Source of the DNA: Candidatus Kaiserbacteria bacterium
GTDB taxonomy: Bacteria; Patescibacteriota; Minisyncoccia; Phycocordibacterales; UBA2100
DNA: 64,000 nucleotides
Assembly: GCA_016214605.1 (NCBI GenBank)
Contig: JACROD010000005.1
Coordinates: 6,108 to 70,107 of the forward strand
Reading direction: 5' to 3'
How positions within the stretch are numbered: position 1 is the stretch's first letter; every line of letters begins with the position of its first letter. Under the pieces are notes generated by a model that was not told the origin of the DNA, made no database searches, and was given only the letters and a program-made list of their open reading frames with translations. Shown here piece by piece: positions 44,126 to 54,965 of this stretch. Both the position numbers and the translations under genes were made by a program.

Positions 44126-47026
44126 TTAATACTCTACCACCAACTCCCCCTCCCTCGTCGCTATCAGAATCGACACAAGTCCTTGTCGTGTTTCCTTCAA
44201 CTTCTCTTTGTTTTCTTTATCTACAAAGTAGATCTTCGTCTCATCCTTCTTCGCGTCATACTTCGCACGAAGCGTAACATCCTTCTTCACCTTGACCTCT
44301 TGCATCATTTCTTTGAGAGAACCGTCCTTGGCATACTCCCACTCATACTGTATCTCATTCTTCGAGAAGACGCTCTCAGTCGTTGTGGAGAGCGTGCCGT
44401 AACGGATCGCAAGGAGCTGAGCTTTTATGTGCCCGTGTCGTTCATTCTTACTCTCTTTTTCCTTGATGCGTTTGAATGACAGGGTTGTCGTATTGCCGGA
44501 ATCGTCGGTAATCGTGTATTGGAGAGTAGAGGTAGCAAGCACGGGAGAGGGGCTCACTGACACTGATCCTTCGTCACTCCCGAACACAAGGATATCATCG
44601 GTCGTCGTGGAGAATGTAAATACCGCTTCAGGTGGTGTGATGTCGGGGAGAGATACTCCACCCTCCTCCGACGCGAGGATTAGGTCAACATTTCCATCAC
44701 CATTCTCGTCCACTGTAAGCGGTGAGGAGCTGGCGATGCCGCCACCTTGCGGGATCGTGAGTGTAGCGATGGTTGTGGTGCTGGACGGAATACCTGCAAA
44801 AGTGGTGCTCGCAACCGTCACACCACCATTGGTCTCTTCCACATCGAGGGTAAATGATCCTTCGGCCGTGCCGTGCATGATCACATGGATCGTCGTCGAG
44901 GCCGGGGCTGTGGCGTAGGTGATGCCGCCAAATCGCTCGTACCGACTGCCCGGAATATTTTCCTCAAGGAACCCGGTCGACGTGGAAATACCAGTGTGAT
45001 TGCCAAGGTCGTCGTACAAGTGGAGGGAGAGGGGTGAGTGGAGGGTGAAGTGGAGGCGATCATCGCTCGGATCGGCGACAGGTTGGATAGCTGAGATAAA
45101 ATCAGGCAAGGCACTCGTGCTACCATTGGCCATCATCGTTTCGAGAAGAGTGCGGAGCTCGGGAATTTCGAGAAGACCCGCATGCTCACGATCAATACGC
45201 ACTCCAAACAGACCGTCATTGTATTTTTTCAGATTCACCCAATACCTCTCGCTCCCCGTAGTCCACAAAGCACTCGGCACAACTACCGTACCATCACCAT
45301 CTATGACTCGTTCTACTTGGTAATCGAGCACTGGCGTCTGCATGATAGCGGCACAGGTGGAATCCGCTCGACGCTCAGTGCAAGTGCCAGCGGTGCCTTG
45401 ATAGTAGTGAATCGTCTTGAGCGTATCCTCTCCCCATCCGGCGATCTCGATAATTTTAATGCCGCTCGGCGGGATCCACGTATCGAGCTCGGTGTTGTGA
45501 AGCATTTCCGCGTTTGTAAAAAGTATCGGATTTGCGACGACCGGATTCTTGATCGCTTCGGCTACCGGCAGTACCGGACGCGACGAATCGGTCATAAATG
45601 TTCGCAGACGATCACTCGAATGGATGTTGTTTCCATACTTCGCGCGCCAGGGTGCCAAAAGCACAGAATCGTCGAACGTGATCACATTATCGTCCGCATA
45701 GGTGAAGTATTGGAATGACGGGATGAGATTATATGCGCCGGGCATGTTTTGCGCCATGGTACGAGCAGTATCGGCAGAGAGTGCGAGCGGGAACCAGCTC
45801 ACCGGCAACGACTGCTCAAAACCATGCAAGATCGCGCCGATCGCCTTTGGCGTGCCCGTCTGAGGGACCCCAACAAAGATAACCTTGTCGATAAGTTGTT
45901 CAGCCGTTGTGGTCCCCAGTTTGGTAATGAGCGCTTTGGCAACCAACCCGCCATTAGAGTGTGCAATGATCGTTACCTTGTGCGTCCTCGACGATGAAGC
46001 CAGGCGACGTAGTTCTTTTTCAATATATGGGGTGCTTGATCTGCCAAGATACGAGACGATATCTCCTGTCTGCATACCGTGAGTGATTATGTCTTCAAGC
46101 GAAAGCCGCCAATCGTATGGAGCGGCCTGCCAATCTTCAATCTTGTTTTCGTTTTTGAGCGCATTCATGTCTCCGATGAACGACTTGTATACGTCTCCCT
46201 TGAACGGCACATAGGCATTATCGAGGATGTCACGCGTGTAGATATCGTCGCGTACACTCGTCCCATCCGGATTCATCGCAAGCTCCAGCGCATCCGCATC
46301 TCCATACGGCTCCCACAAGCGCTTCTCCGGATCCCCCACCACCTGCGGCCGGTAAAGTCGACTCGCCTCGATCCCCGGCAAAAAGAGGACATTTGAATTG
46401 CAGTTTTCGGTGCAGACGGGCGTGGTCGTGGCGGACTCGACCGTGAAAGAGTACGTGAGATTGTGGCCGCATGATCCGGCACCGGTCGTCCAGTAGGTGT
46501 CACACGCGGTGTCGTTGCGCACGACAGCTGAGACGAAATATGGACCGTTGGGCAATATTGTACTCGAAGAAAGCGGAAAGAATTCCATACCGCCAGCGTT
46601 TCCTGTATAACGCGGACCATCAACAAGAGTCGCACCACCTGCCGTCGGGGTGCCGCGGTACATGTTTGTCTGGATGTGCCCTAGATTGGGATACGATACC
46701 CATTCGCCGCCAAACTGGCCCCACTGAACGCAAAGAGTAGCTCCATCGGGTGCTCCCGGGGCGTACACGTCGTAATACCAACCACAGGTGGGGTATGCTC
46801 CGCCGGTCACATGTATAAAGGAGAAAACCGCACCATCCGAAAGAGGGGCCGACCCAAGGGACGTATTGGGAAGGGTGGTGGTGACATTGGTGATTGAGCC
46901 GTCGCCGCCGGCGGATGCGGTGATGGGGAGGATGAGGAAAGATAGAATCGACAGCAGCGCGGCGATTGCGATCGCCGCGCTGTTTCGGATTTCTTTTATT
47001 GATGACGTGGACCCCTCCCTTTTCAT
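44126..47026 (-). CDS. Secreted alpha/beta-hydrolase (LCAT/PGAP1-like lipase or acyltransferase) with accessory domains
   Basis: N-terminal signal/TM, VLFLPGIEAS, PYDWR, IIAHSNGGL (nucleophile elbow), VGVPQTGTP, DGDGTV and a candidate catalytic His in REHAGL. Start placed at ATG 47026. Confidence 0.85.
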   Translation of the reverse strand: MKREGSTSSIKEIRNSAAIAIAALLSILSFLILPITASAGGDGSITNVTTTLPNTSLGSAPLSDGAVFSFIHVTGGAYPTCGWYYDVYAPGAPDGATLCVQWGQFGGEWVSYPNLGHIQTNMYRGTPTAGGATLVDGPRYTGNAGGMEFFPLSSSTILPNGPYFVSAVVRNDTACDTYWTTGAGSCGHNLTYSFTVESATTTPVCTENCNSNVLFLPGIEASRLYRPQVVGDPEKRLWEPYGDADALELAMNPDGTSVRDDIYTRDILDNAYVPFKGDVYKSFIGDMNALKNENKIEDWQAAPYDWRLSLEDIITHGMQTGDIVSYLGRSSTPYIEKELRRLASSSRTHKVTIIAHSNGGLVAKALITKLGTTTAEQLIDKVIFVGVPQTGTPKAIGAILHGFEQSLPVSWFPLALSADTARTMAQNMPGAYNLIPSFQYFTYADDNVITFDDSVLLAPWRAKYGNNIHSSDRLRTFMTDSSRPVLPVAEAIKNPVVANPILFTNAEMLHNTELDTWIPPSGIKIIEIAGWGEDTLKTIHYYQGTAGTCTERRADSTCAAIMQTPVLDYQVERVIDGDGTVVVPSALWTTGSERYWVNLKKYNDGLFGVRIDREHAGLLEIPELRTLLETMMANGSTSALPDFISAIQPVADPSDDRLHFTLHSPLSLHLYDDLGNHTGISTSTGFLEENIPGSRYERFGGITYATAPASTTIHVIMHGTAEGSFTLDVEETNGGVTVASTTFAGIPSSTTTIATLTIPQGGGIASSSPLTVDENGDGNVDLILASEEGGVSLPDITPPEAVFTFSTTTDDILVFGSDEGSVSVSPSPVLATSTLQYTITDDSGNTTTLSFKRIKEKESKNERHGHIKAQLLAIRYGTLSTTTESVFSKNEIQYEWEYAKDGSLKEMMQEVKVKKDVTLRAKYDAKKDETKIYFVDKENKEKLKETRQGLVSILIATREGELVVEY

Positions 47027-47081
47027 GGGCAGGAGTATGCCACAAGCACATCCGCACATCAACGAGAATATGTGTCGTGGT

Positions 47082-47108
47082 GTTTGGGAAGGTCTGACCT
47101 TCCCAAAC
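47082..47108. repeat. REP-like singlet sharing the GAAGGTCTGA core of the RAYT-flanking REPs
   Basis: GTTTGGGAAGGTC-T-GACCTTCCCAAAC, a perfect 13-bp stem abutting a stop codon. Confidence 0.7.
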
Positions 47109-49342
47109 TACTGCACCTTGGCCGTACCATCCTTGATCTGCTTGATGTAGGTATCTACCTGGTCGGCGGCACTCGGAGCCTGTTTCTTGGCAGCTTCGAG
47201 CACAGCTATCGCTTGGACGCGATCTCCGGTCGCGTAGGTAGCGGCGGCAAGTGTGAAGTATGCTTGAGTATCGCTAGGATTGGCCTTGACGCGGGCCTGC
47301 CAGATCGGCAAGATCTTCGCATACTGACCGCGTGCGGCGTAGGCGGCGGCGATGCGTGTATCTGCGGCGCGTCCGGACTCTACGATCGGCACCAGGATCT
47401 GATCTGCCATCGTGTCGTTGTTGGTGCGGATGAGGATCGCAGCATAGAGGATGCGCGCTTGATCGAAGCTCGGATCGAGCTCGTACGCTTGCTTGAATGC
47501 CGCGAGAGCCCCCGGAGCATCCTCACGCGTGATCGCATTGACTCCCATCTCAAAAAGGATCGATTGCTTGGCCGGTGAAAGATCGTGAGCCTGCTTGAGC
47601 GATTCGGCAGCACCTGTGTAATCCCCATAGGCACCCTGGGTGACGCCGAGGAAAAGCGGGAAACGAGCATCCATCGGCGATGCTTTTTCTTGGAGCGTCA
47701 TCTGTTCGATCGCGGCGTTGTAGAACTGCTGTTTGGCATCCGTAGAGATGTTGGCCTGTGCAAGCTGTGATGTGATCTGGGTCAACTGTTCGCGTGCTTC
47801 CTGTGTGCCAAACGCACCATAGTCGATTGTTTCTTTGAAAGCGGCGAGGTTGTCGAGCACCCCGCTTGCCGATTGCATGCTTATGGCCCTGATGAGTGCC
47901 TGATTCGCGGCAAGCGCCTTGGCGTTGACCGCGTAGACGGTGCCACATACGCCGATCGCCAAGACGACAGCGATGGCCGGGAGCGCCGAACGCGGTAGCA
48001 GCGTCCCTTCATAGATCGAATCGGACTTGCTTACCTCACTCGTGCGCCACACGACATACGCGAGGATCGTACCGAAGAGTATGTAGCTTGTGACATTGTC
48101 GAAGACGAAGAAATTGTGGATGAAGTATCCGGCTAGAAGTCCCGTGAGGAGGCTGCGCTCCGCGATCGTGAATACATGATGCCCATGCACGCGCCGCCAT
48201 ACGGTCCACAAGATCGCCACAAAGATCGAGAGGTACGCGAAGAGACCGAGGAATCCGCCAGCGACGAGCCAGTCGAAAATGATGTTGTGTACGCGATCAA
48301 ACCACTGTTCCTGCGCATACATGCGCGGATCGTAGTACTTGTCGAATACGATCGCGTAGTTCTCCTGACCCCACCCGAGGACCGGGCGTTCTTTCACTCC
48401 TTGCCATGCCATACCCCAGTTGAAGAAGCGCGCCTTCACGGTAGCATCTTGCACCGAGATCGTCGCGAGACGCTGGAGGAAGCCGATCTTCTGGATCCAG
48501 ACAGCGTCGCGGACAGCCCAGAAACTGCCGGCCACGATGAAGATCCCTACAAGTGCGGCCACCGACATGCGCCAGACATTGCGTGAACGGCGAGCCAAAA
48601 TGAGCACCAAGAAGACCGAAATGACCGTGCCGACGATGAGGCCGATCATGGTACCGCGCGTACCGGTAAGGAAGAGCGCGAGCGTATCAAGAAGGATCGC
48701 CACCCCGTAAAAGACCGATGAGAGCATACGCTTGCCCTTGGCCTTCTCGACCCACATTTGCGCCCATAGCATCGCCGCGATGAAAATATGGAAGAGCATA
48801 TACACGGCCATGTAGATCGGATTGCCAAAGGTCGCATCGATACGACCTTGCAAGCCCGAAGTACCACCTTCACCCAAAGCGAAAAACCCTGCCACCTGCA
48901 AAAGGCCGTAGAGGCTCAAGAGCACCGAGATGCCGATAGAGAACTGGAAGAGCCAGCGCCAGAGCTTCTCACTGTTGATCACGACCGAAGCGACGACCGT
49001 ATACGCGAGCAGATGCGCGATCGTGATCCAGCCATCCATGCGCTCATAGTTGCTCCAGAAGCTCTTGAACGGATACACGCCCTGCGCATCGGCGATCGCA
49101 ATCACCAGCACAAATATCGCAAGTGCTGCCAAGATCCAATCGCGGCGCGGGCGGTATTTGGGCGAGATGAGTGCCAGCGCGAGCCATGCTCCCGCCATGA
49201 TCTCGACAATGATACGGAAGGCAAAGTTCTTGCCGGTGATGTACGGGAAGAAAAGTGAATTGGCGACGTAAAGCGGAATAATAGGGAGCGCAAAAATGCC
49301 GATAAGGACGATCCATCGAAGGACCTTTTCTAGTGATGTCAT
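47108..49342 (-). CDS. O-antigen ligase (Wzy_C)-family membrane protein with C-terminal TPRs
   Basis: About 12 TM helices, RIDATFGNP, LTGTRG, RPVLGWGQENY, DRVHNIIFD, and a TPR-like C-terminus. Confidence 0.88.
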   Translation of the reverse strand: MTSLEKVLRWIVLIGIFALPIIPLYVANSLFFPYITGKNFAFRIIVEIMAGAWLALALISPKYRPRRDWILAALAIFVLVIAIADAQGVYPFKSFWSNYERMDGWITIAHLLAYTVVASVVINSEKLWRWLFQFSIGISVLLSLYGLLQVAGFFALGEGGTSGLQGRIDATFGNPIYMAVYMLFHIFIAAMLWAQMWVEKAKGKRMLSSVFYGVAILLDTLALFLTGTRGTMIGLIVGTVISVFLVLILARRSRNVWRMSVAALVGIFIVAGSFWAVRDAVWIQKIGFLQRLATISVQDATVKARFFNWGMAWQGVKERPVLGWGQENYAIVFDKYYDPRMYAQEQWFDRVHNIIFDWLVAGGFLGLFAYLSIFVAILWTVWRRVHGHHVFTIAERSLLTGLLAGYFIHNFFVFDNVTSYILFGTILAYVVWRTSEVSKSDSIYEGTLLPRSALPAIAVVLAIGVCGTVYAVNAKALAANQALIRAISMQSASGVLDNLAAFKETIDYGAFGTQEAREQLTQITSQLAQANISTDAKQQFYNAAIEQMTLQEKASPMDARFPLFLGVTQGAYGDYTGAAESLKQAHDLSPAKQSILFEMGVNAITREDAPGALAAFKQAYELDPSFDQARILYAAILIRTNNDTMADQILVPIVESGRAADTRIAAAYAARGQYAKILPIWQARVKANPSDTQAYFTLAAATYATGDRVQAIAVLEAAKKQAPSAADQVDTYIKQIKDGTAKVQ

Positions 49343-49425
49343 GGGAGATATGCTAACAGACTCACGAGGACTGCGCCAGCAGCACAACCGAATTGTTAAA
49401 GCAAAGCGAATATTTTATGAAAAGT

Positions 49426-51282
49426 CTAGACCGAGGTCTTTTGGAGGGTGGCGATGCGCGCGAGATATGAATCAGGGTTTTCGAGCATCTGGGCCGGGGC
49501 GCCTTCTTCGGCGAGATGACCGCTGTCGATCACCACTATCTTGTCGGCGTCGAGAATAGTAGAGATGCGGTGAGCGATGACGACGAGCGTGATCCCGCCG
49601 CGGAGATTGGCGATCATCTGCTGGATGTCGCGCTCGAGCTCCGAATCGAGCGAGCTCGTGACCTCGTCGAGCACGAGCACTTGCGGCTTGCGCGCCAAGG
49701 CGCGCGCGAGCGAGATGCGCTGACGCTGACCTCCCGAGATCGTCACACCACGATCGCCGAGTACCGTGTCGAATCCTTGCGGCAAGCGCATGATGTCGTC
49801 GTGGATGTGCGCGAGCTGCGCTGCAAGCTCGATATCCTCACGAGAAATGGACTCGTCGAAGAATCGGATATTGTCGAGCACGGATGCATTCATAATGAAA
49901 GCATCCTGCGATACATACGCGATCGCCGCGCGCCACTCCTTGATACTCACCTCGCTCGTCGAGACCCCATCGACTCGTATCTCGCCATGAGTAGGCGCAA
50001 AAAGGCGCAAGATGAGATCCGCGACCGTCGTCTTGCCCGAGCCCGACGGCCCGATGATACCTACAAAAGAGCCCTTTTTGATATCAAATGACACATCCTC
50101 AAGCTGATTCGACTTGCCCTCGTATCCAAATGTCACATGATCAAAAGAGAGCCCATCCTCAAACACAAAAGGATTGGTGCCCTTGGATGCCGCTTCATGG
50201 TTGCGCGCGACCTCTTTCTTGAAAGCGGCAATATTATCGGCAAAAGGAATGAACTGGAGGATCGATTGGAATGAGGCTTGTGTCGAGCTGATGTAATTAA
50301 ATATCTTTTGGATCAAATAGACCGTAGCCGCAAAGCTCGCGACCTGAAAAGTACCTGAGAAGTACGAAAAAGCGAAAATACCGATAACAAATATAAGCGC
50401 AAGCGGTTGGATATATACAGATCCAATCCCCTGGTTAAAATAGGTCTTCGCGAGAGCATGCTCAAGTCGCCCAATATATTCACTCCCCTTGTTTGCAATG
50501 GAATCTCCTGCCCCCGATGCCTTCACCTGCTTGAATCCCTGGATACTCTCACTGATGTGGTGCGACAAAAGTTTCTCTGTCGTAGCGACCACCTGCGAAT
50601 GAGCATGTGTCCGCCTGAGAAGCGGCCGAAAAAAGACGATCACGATAGTACCGACCGCGACAGTCGCCCATGTGATCAGTGGAGAGATATTGATAGCCAC
50701 AAGCAGATACATAAAGGCACCTGTCGTTGATTGCAAGAATTGAACAATACCGTCGAGGAGCTGGGTCTCACGTCGAGCGTCCCAAAAGATCGTATTCTGC
50801 AGATCGCCGCTTTTTTGACGCAATATGTACGGCCAGCTCGCGTGCATGGTACTGCGAAAAAGCGAGTCGATCTCGCGTGCCATGAAGCGCGCACTGATCC
50901 ATGAGCGCACATAGGTAAATGCCGTGAGTACGACCGATCGCGCCAAAAAGATGAGCATAATGAAGACAAGGAGGTAGCGGAAGGTAAACGGAACTCCCAC
51001 GAGTCCAAAGAGTCGCGCCATTAGCTGAGTGATCGTATCGAGCGGCCCCGACTGCCCTCCCATTACGAAAGATACGAGAGGAATAACCGCGTTGATACCA
51101 ATACCATCGAGTGCGGCACTCAACACAGCCAGCCCTGCAAGCAAGACCATATATCGACGATAGCCATGAAATGTTTTTCCTAAGACTTTAAGAATCCGCA
51201 ACGCGCCACGCGGCGAATAAGGCTTGGGGAGATCCCTATCGTCGCCCTCAGGGCGCACCTTAGACGACATTATGCCTGCCAT
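49426..51282 (-). CDS. ABC transporter permease + ATPase (MsbA/PglK-like glycolipid flippase)
   Basis: N-terminal TM domain, GPSGSGKTT, ISGGQRQRISLAR, LVLDE, IAHR. Confidence 0.92.
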   Translation of the reverse strand: MAGIMSSKVRPEGDDRDLPKPYSPRGALRILKVLGKTFHGYRRYMVLLAGLAVLSAALDGIGINAVIPLVSFVMGGQSGPLDTITQLMARLFGLVGVPFTFRYLLVFIMLIFLARSVVLTAFTYVRSWISARFMAREIDSLFRSTMHASWPYILRQKSGDLQNTIFWDARRETQLLDGIVQFLQSTTGAFMYLLVAINISPLITWATVAVGTIVIVFFRPLLRRTHAHSQVVATTEKLLSHHISESIQGFKQVKASGAGDSIANKGSEYIGRLEHALAKTYFNQGIGSVYIQPLALIFVIGIFAFSYFSGTFQVASFAATVYLIQKIFNYISSTQASFQSILQFIPFADNIAAFKKEVARNHEAASKGTNPFVFEDGLSFDHVTFGYEGKSNQLEDVSFDIKKGSFVGIIGPSGSGKTTVADLILRLFAPTHGEIRVDGVSTSEVSIKEWRAAIAYVSQDAFIMNASVLDNIRFFDESISREDIELAAQLAHIHDDIMRLPQGFDTVLGDRGVTISGGQRQRISLARALARKPQVLVLDEVTSSLDSELERDIQQMIANLRGGITLVVIAHRISTILDADKIVVIDSGHLAEEGAPAQMLENPDSYLARIATLQKTSV

Positions 51283-51372
51283 AATTGGGCATTATACATC
51301 ACCACAAACCTAAAGATACAAAAAATCTCACGGAGTAGCGGTCCGTGAGATTAGGTATTAATATACACACGT

Positions 51373-52434
51373 ATGTTCAATAATGTCTCGAAATGGCGTA
51401 CCAGTACCAGGAGATTCATCGCCTCCATGCAACATCGCATCAGATACCTACTCAATAAGATGCGGCATGAGCTTTTTTTGCGCGCACTTGCGTTCGCAGA
51501 GAGAAAGAGTGGCAGGTTTATTACATTCCACACCCGCCCGATTTACTCAAAAGACATCGTGCACGTCGCAGATACACTCGTCCACACACCCTCATGCGCG
51601 ATCGTCTTGCAAGGACCGATACTCAAGAAATACGACTTTACACTGGAGACGATCCGTACCTATAAAAAAGTCTATCCGATGCTCACGATCATCCTTTCGA
51701 CGTGGGAGGACGAAGACCCTGTGTATCTCGAAAAGATCCGCGACGAAGGTATTGAGATCGTCCTCAACAAAAAACCCGCATATAATGGCCCGCGCAACGT
51801 GAACATGCAGATCGTCTCTGCTCGCAACGGCATCAAACGAGCCAAAGACCTCGGAGTACCGTATGTCATCAAAAGCCGCACCGATCAGCGCATGTACAAC
51901 AAAAACATCATTGAGACCCTCTACAATCTCATACAATATTTTCCTCCGGGTGAGCGTTCCAAACAAAATAAAAGAATCATATTCGGTCACAACACGCCGA
52001 AGTATCAGCCATATGTTTTTTCCGATATTTTCATATTTGGCGATATAGATGACATGGTGGAATATTGGGATACCGATCTAGTAGAAAAAGATGCGCAATA
52101 TCCTGTCTTCATTGCGGAAATGTATCTCGCCTACTCATACCTCAAACGCAAGGGTTGGCCGATGACTTGGTCAATACAGGCGATGTGGGAGATCTATCGC
52201 GAGTGCATCATCACGATCGACTGGACAGAAATAGATCTCTTTTGGCTCAAGTATGATTATTTTTGGGAACGGCATTTCTGGGAGCACAAACATCGATACA
52301 ATCAAAAAAACACACCTTCAACAGATCACTTACATTTCCATGATTGGTTCAACATATACAGCGATATGGAAAATAAGGTCATAACTTCGCAACATGAAGG
52401 ATTCATACGTATGCAAGTCCCCGAAAAACGATAA
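51373..52434 (+). CDS. wavE: WavE lipopolysaccharide-synthesis family protein
   Basis: IVLQGPI, IILSTWEDE, NVNMQIVS..NGI, YVIKSRTDQ, FSDIFIFG, AEMYL. Confidence 0.75.
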   Translation: MFNNVSKWRTSTRRFIASMQHRIRYLLNKMRHELFLRALAFAERKSGRFITFHTRPIYSKDIVHVADTLVHTPSCAIVLQGPILKKYDFTLETIRTYKKVYPMLTIILSTWEDEDPVYLEKIRDEGIEIVLNKKPAYNGPRNVNMQIVSARNGIKRAKDLGVPYVIKSRTDQRMYNKNIIETLYNLIQYFPPGERSKQNKRIIFGHNTPKYQPYVFSDIFIFGDIDDMVEYWDTDLVEKDAQYPVFIAEMYLAYSYLKRKGWPMTWSIQAMWEIYRECIITIDWTEIDLFWLKYDYFWERHFWEHKHRYNQKNTPSTDHLHFHDWFNIYSDMENKVITSQHEGFIRMQVPEKR

Positions 52435-52438
52435 ACAA

Positions 52439-52464
52439 AAGACAGCGCCAAGCGGCGCTGTCTT
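52439..52464. terminator. Hairpin between convergent genes
   Basis: AAGACAGCGCC-AAGC-GGCGCTGTCTT. Confidence 0.7.
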
Positions 52465-52475
52465 GATTGAAGCAT

Positions 52476-53120
52476 TCATGCCCCAAAATGTTTGAGCCCT
52501 TCACGAGCCCACTCGACGAGATCAAGCGGGAGGTCTGGCTGCGAATCGCAGTAGCCCTTGGTCGACCAATCGGCAAGTTTCACCAACTCTTCAAGAACTT
52601 CCTTCACATGTGATGGGTTATCGGGATCGAAGGGATCGGGCATGCAGATCAACTGCTCTCGGGCGGCAAACCCCTTTTCATCTCGAGCGATCTTCTCATG
52701 CGTCGCCCACACCCGACGAGCCTTGCGAGGATGCAGTACCAAGATAAGATCGGAATCTAAACCCTCGCTTCTGATCATATCGATCCCGAAACGAGAATTT
52801 TCAGCGCCATTGCGTGCCTCTGCCTCGACATGGATGCGACTTGCGTCGATCCCGTGATGCTTGGTAAGCAGGTGTGCCTGGTACCGCGCCTCAGCACCAA
52901 ACCGTCGAGATTGTTCGCCCGAGTCCACACCGATACCGCCAGTGAGAAGGATCCAGTCGATCAACCCTCGCTCATAGAGCCTCGCCGCCGCTTGGGCCAT
53001 CCGTGAATCTTCGCGGCAGAATACGAACGCGCCCTTAGACCTCGTTAAGTTGGGATCGCCCGCACCACCGAGTCCCATAGCAAGGTATTCGGCCACTTTG
53101 AGAAGTTTCTCTTGTTCCAC
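52476..53120 (-). CDS. YdcF/ElyC (DUF218)-family protein
   Basis: AARLY..ILLTGG.G, AEA..GID..RIHVE..ARNGAEN..F, ILV.HP..ARR. Confidence 0.75.
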   Translation of the reverse strand: MEQEKLLKVAEYLAMGLGGAGDPNLTRSKGAFVFCREDSRMAQAAARLYERGLIDWILLTGGIGVDSGEQSRRFGAEARYQAHLLTKHHGIDASRIHVEAEARNGAENSRFGIDMIRSEGLDSDLILVLHPRKARRVWATHEKIARDEKGFAAREQLICMPDPFDPDNPSHVKEVLEELVKLADWSTKGYCDSQPDLPLDLVEWAREGLKHFGA

Positions 53121-53270
53121 GTCCTATCCCCTTTCAAGTTTCAAGAAGTATTCTGGTGCTATGTAAGCACAGGAAAGTGTCTGTGTCAATTCCAAGATTT
53201 TTTGCGCCGATACTCCCTTCTTGCATGAACTGCCCTATTGTTTATAGTGGACAAGATAACAACCCTACCC

Positions 53271-54965
53271 ATGCCACGAACCATTACAGCCATCATACCG
53301 GCCGCGGGCAAACCGACCAACCGGATCCTGCAGAATTCAAATCTTCCCGACACGATGATACCCATCAACGGCAAACCGGTGATCGGCTATATTTTGGAAG
53401 ACCTGCTTTCCCGCAAGATCACTGATGCGGTGATCGTACTGAGCAAGGCCGACACTCATACTGAAAAATACGTAAACCATAAGTTTGCGAACAAGATCAG
53501 CTTGCGCTTCATATACACCGCACACAAAAGAGGTGTCGGCTATTCCATCTATCTGGCCGCAAAACACTTGGATCCGAAGCATGGCATCCTTATTTATTTG
53601 GGCGATACGATCTACAAAGGTCCGCTCAAACTCCAGGAAAATACATTGGTCGTGTCTGACCAATACGAAGAATCGCGAAAATGGTGTTTTGTAGAGAAAA
53701 ATGGCACGACAATGCGTTTCCTCAACAAACCCGACACTTACGAAGGCACCGGGAAGATCCTGTGCGGTATATACTACCTTGCCTCGGGCAAAAAATTTGC
53801 AAAGAGTCTGCAGATGGCAGAAAAATCGCACCCACACATAGAGCTCTCGCACATATTGGAAGCGTATCAGAAACAGCGCGAGACCTTTCGTCTGGTCAAT
53901 GCCGTCAAATGGTACGACTGCGGCAACATCGAGAATTATTACGCCGCACGAGTCGATTTCTTACGATTGCGTAATTTCAACAAGCTCGACTACAATGCCA
54001 CGACAGGCGTCATCACCAAGTCGAGCGCAAACACCGAGAAGATCTGCCAAGAGATCAACTGGTTCCTCAATACTCCGGACAACCTTAAGGCACTGACCCC
54101 CCGCCTACTCGATCATGGCATCAACAAGGATCATGCTTACTACTCTATGGAGTACTACGGCTATCAGTCTTTGGCCGATATCTATTTGCACGCCCATCAA
54201 GATCTCGCGGTGTGGAGATCGATCTTGCGCCATATATTCTCGGTGATCGAACTTTTCAAAGAACATCCGGGACGGGTGCCATTGAGTGCATCTACCGATA
54301 TGTACGTAGACAAGACGCATGCGCGCATAAAAAGCCTGTGCGAGACTAAGGGATGGAAAGACCTCCTCTCGCTCCCGGAAATACAGATCAACGGACAAGT
54401 CTATAAAAATGTCGACCATTACCTGCCGCTATTGTCCGAGCGCATAAAAGATCTACACAAACAGCAGGACATGACCTTTATCCACGGCGACCTTTGTCTC
54501 AGCAATATTCTCTACGACACATCGAGCCGACTGATCAAACTGGTCGACCCGCGAGGATCTTTCGGTAAGCTCGGCGTATACGGCGATATCAAATACGACC
54601 TTGCAAAATTACGACACAGCTTCGACGGAAATTACGAATTCATAATTTCAGACCTCTTCAAGCTAGAAGAGCCCGCTTTTGGAGAATTCAGCTACCAGGT
54701 CTACACCGACGAACACCATGACCGCCTCTCTGCCCTCTTTGATGACATTCTCGCAAAGGCGGGTTATAGTCTCGATGACATCAAGCTCATTGAAGCGCTC
54801 CTGTTCGTCTCGATGATCCCCCTGCATCAGGGCGAACCACAGCGCCAAAAGGCCATGTATGTCACCGGTGTCAAGTTACTCGATCAAGCTTTTCCAACCC
54901 ATGCGAATCCTCATCGACCTCGACGGGACCATCTGCGAACTCCGCAAAAAGGGCCAAGATTATAG
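53271..54965 (+). CDS. Fused sugar-nucleotidyltransferase-like + APH/choline-kinase-like capsule biosynthesis protein
   Basis: IIPAAGK..MIPINGKPVI, YLGDTI, WYDCG, RNFN, EINWF, HGDLCLSNIL, LVDPRG.FG, YDLAKLRHS. Confidence 0.8.
   Translation: MPRTITAIIPAAGKPTNRILQNSNLPDTMIPINGKPVIGYILEDLLSRKITDAVIVLSKADTHTEKYVNHKFANKISLRFIYTAHKRGVGYSIYLAAKHLDPKHGILIYLGDTIYKGPLKLQENTLVVSDQYEESRKWCFVEKNGTTMRFLNKPDTYEGTGKILCGIYYLASGKKFAKSLQMAEKSHPHIELSHILEAYQKQRETFRLVNAVKWYDCGNIENYYAARVDFLRLRNFNKLDYNATTGVITKSSANTEKICQEINWFLNTPDNLKALTPRLLDHGINKDHAYYSMEYYGYQSLADIYLHAHQDLAVWRSILRHIFSVIELFKEHPGRVPLSASTDMYVDKTHARIKSLCETKGWKDLLSLPEIQINGQVYKNVDHYLPLLSERIKDLHKQQDMTFIHGDLCLSNILYDTSSRLIKLVDPRGSFGKLGVYGDIKYDLAKLRHSFDGNYEFIISDLFKLEEPAFGEFSYQVYTDEHHDRLSALFDDILAKAGYSLDDIKLIEALLFVSMIPLHQGEPQRQKAMYVTGVKLLDQAFPTHANPHRPRRDHLRTPQKGPRL

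Noticed and set aside
54901-54965. Programmed frameshift fusing the kinase and phosphatase genes (65-nt overlap)
   Set aside because: The downstream gene has its own ATG exactly at the HAD domain start (MRILIDLDGT) and there is no clear slippery site; a lost stop codon with short read-through is simpler.
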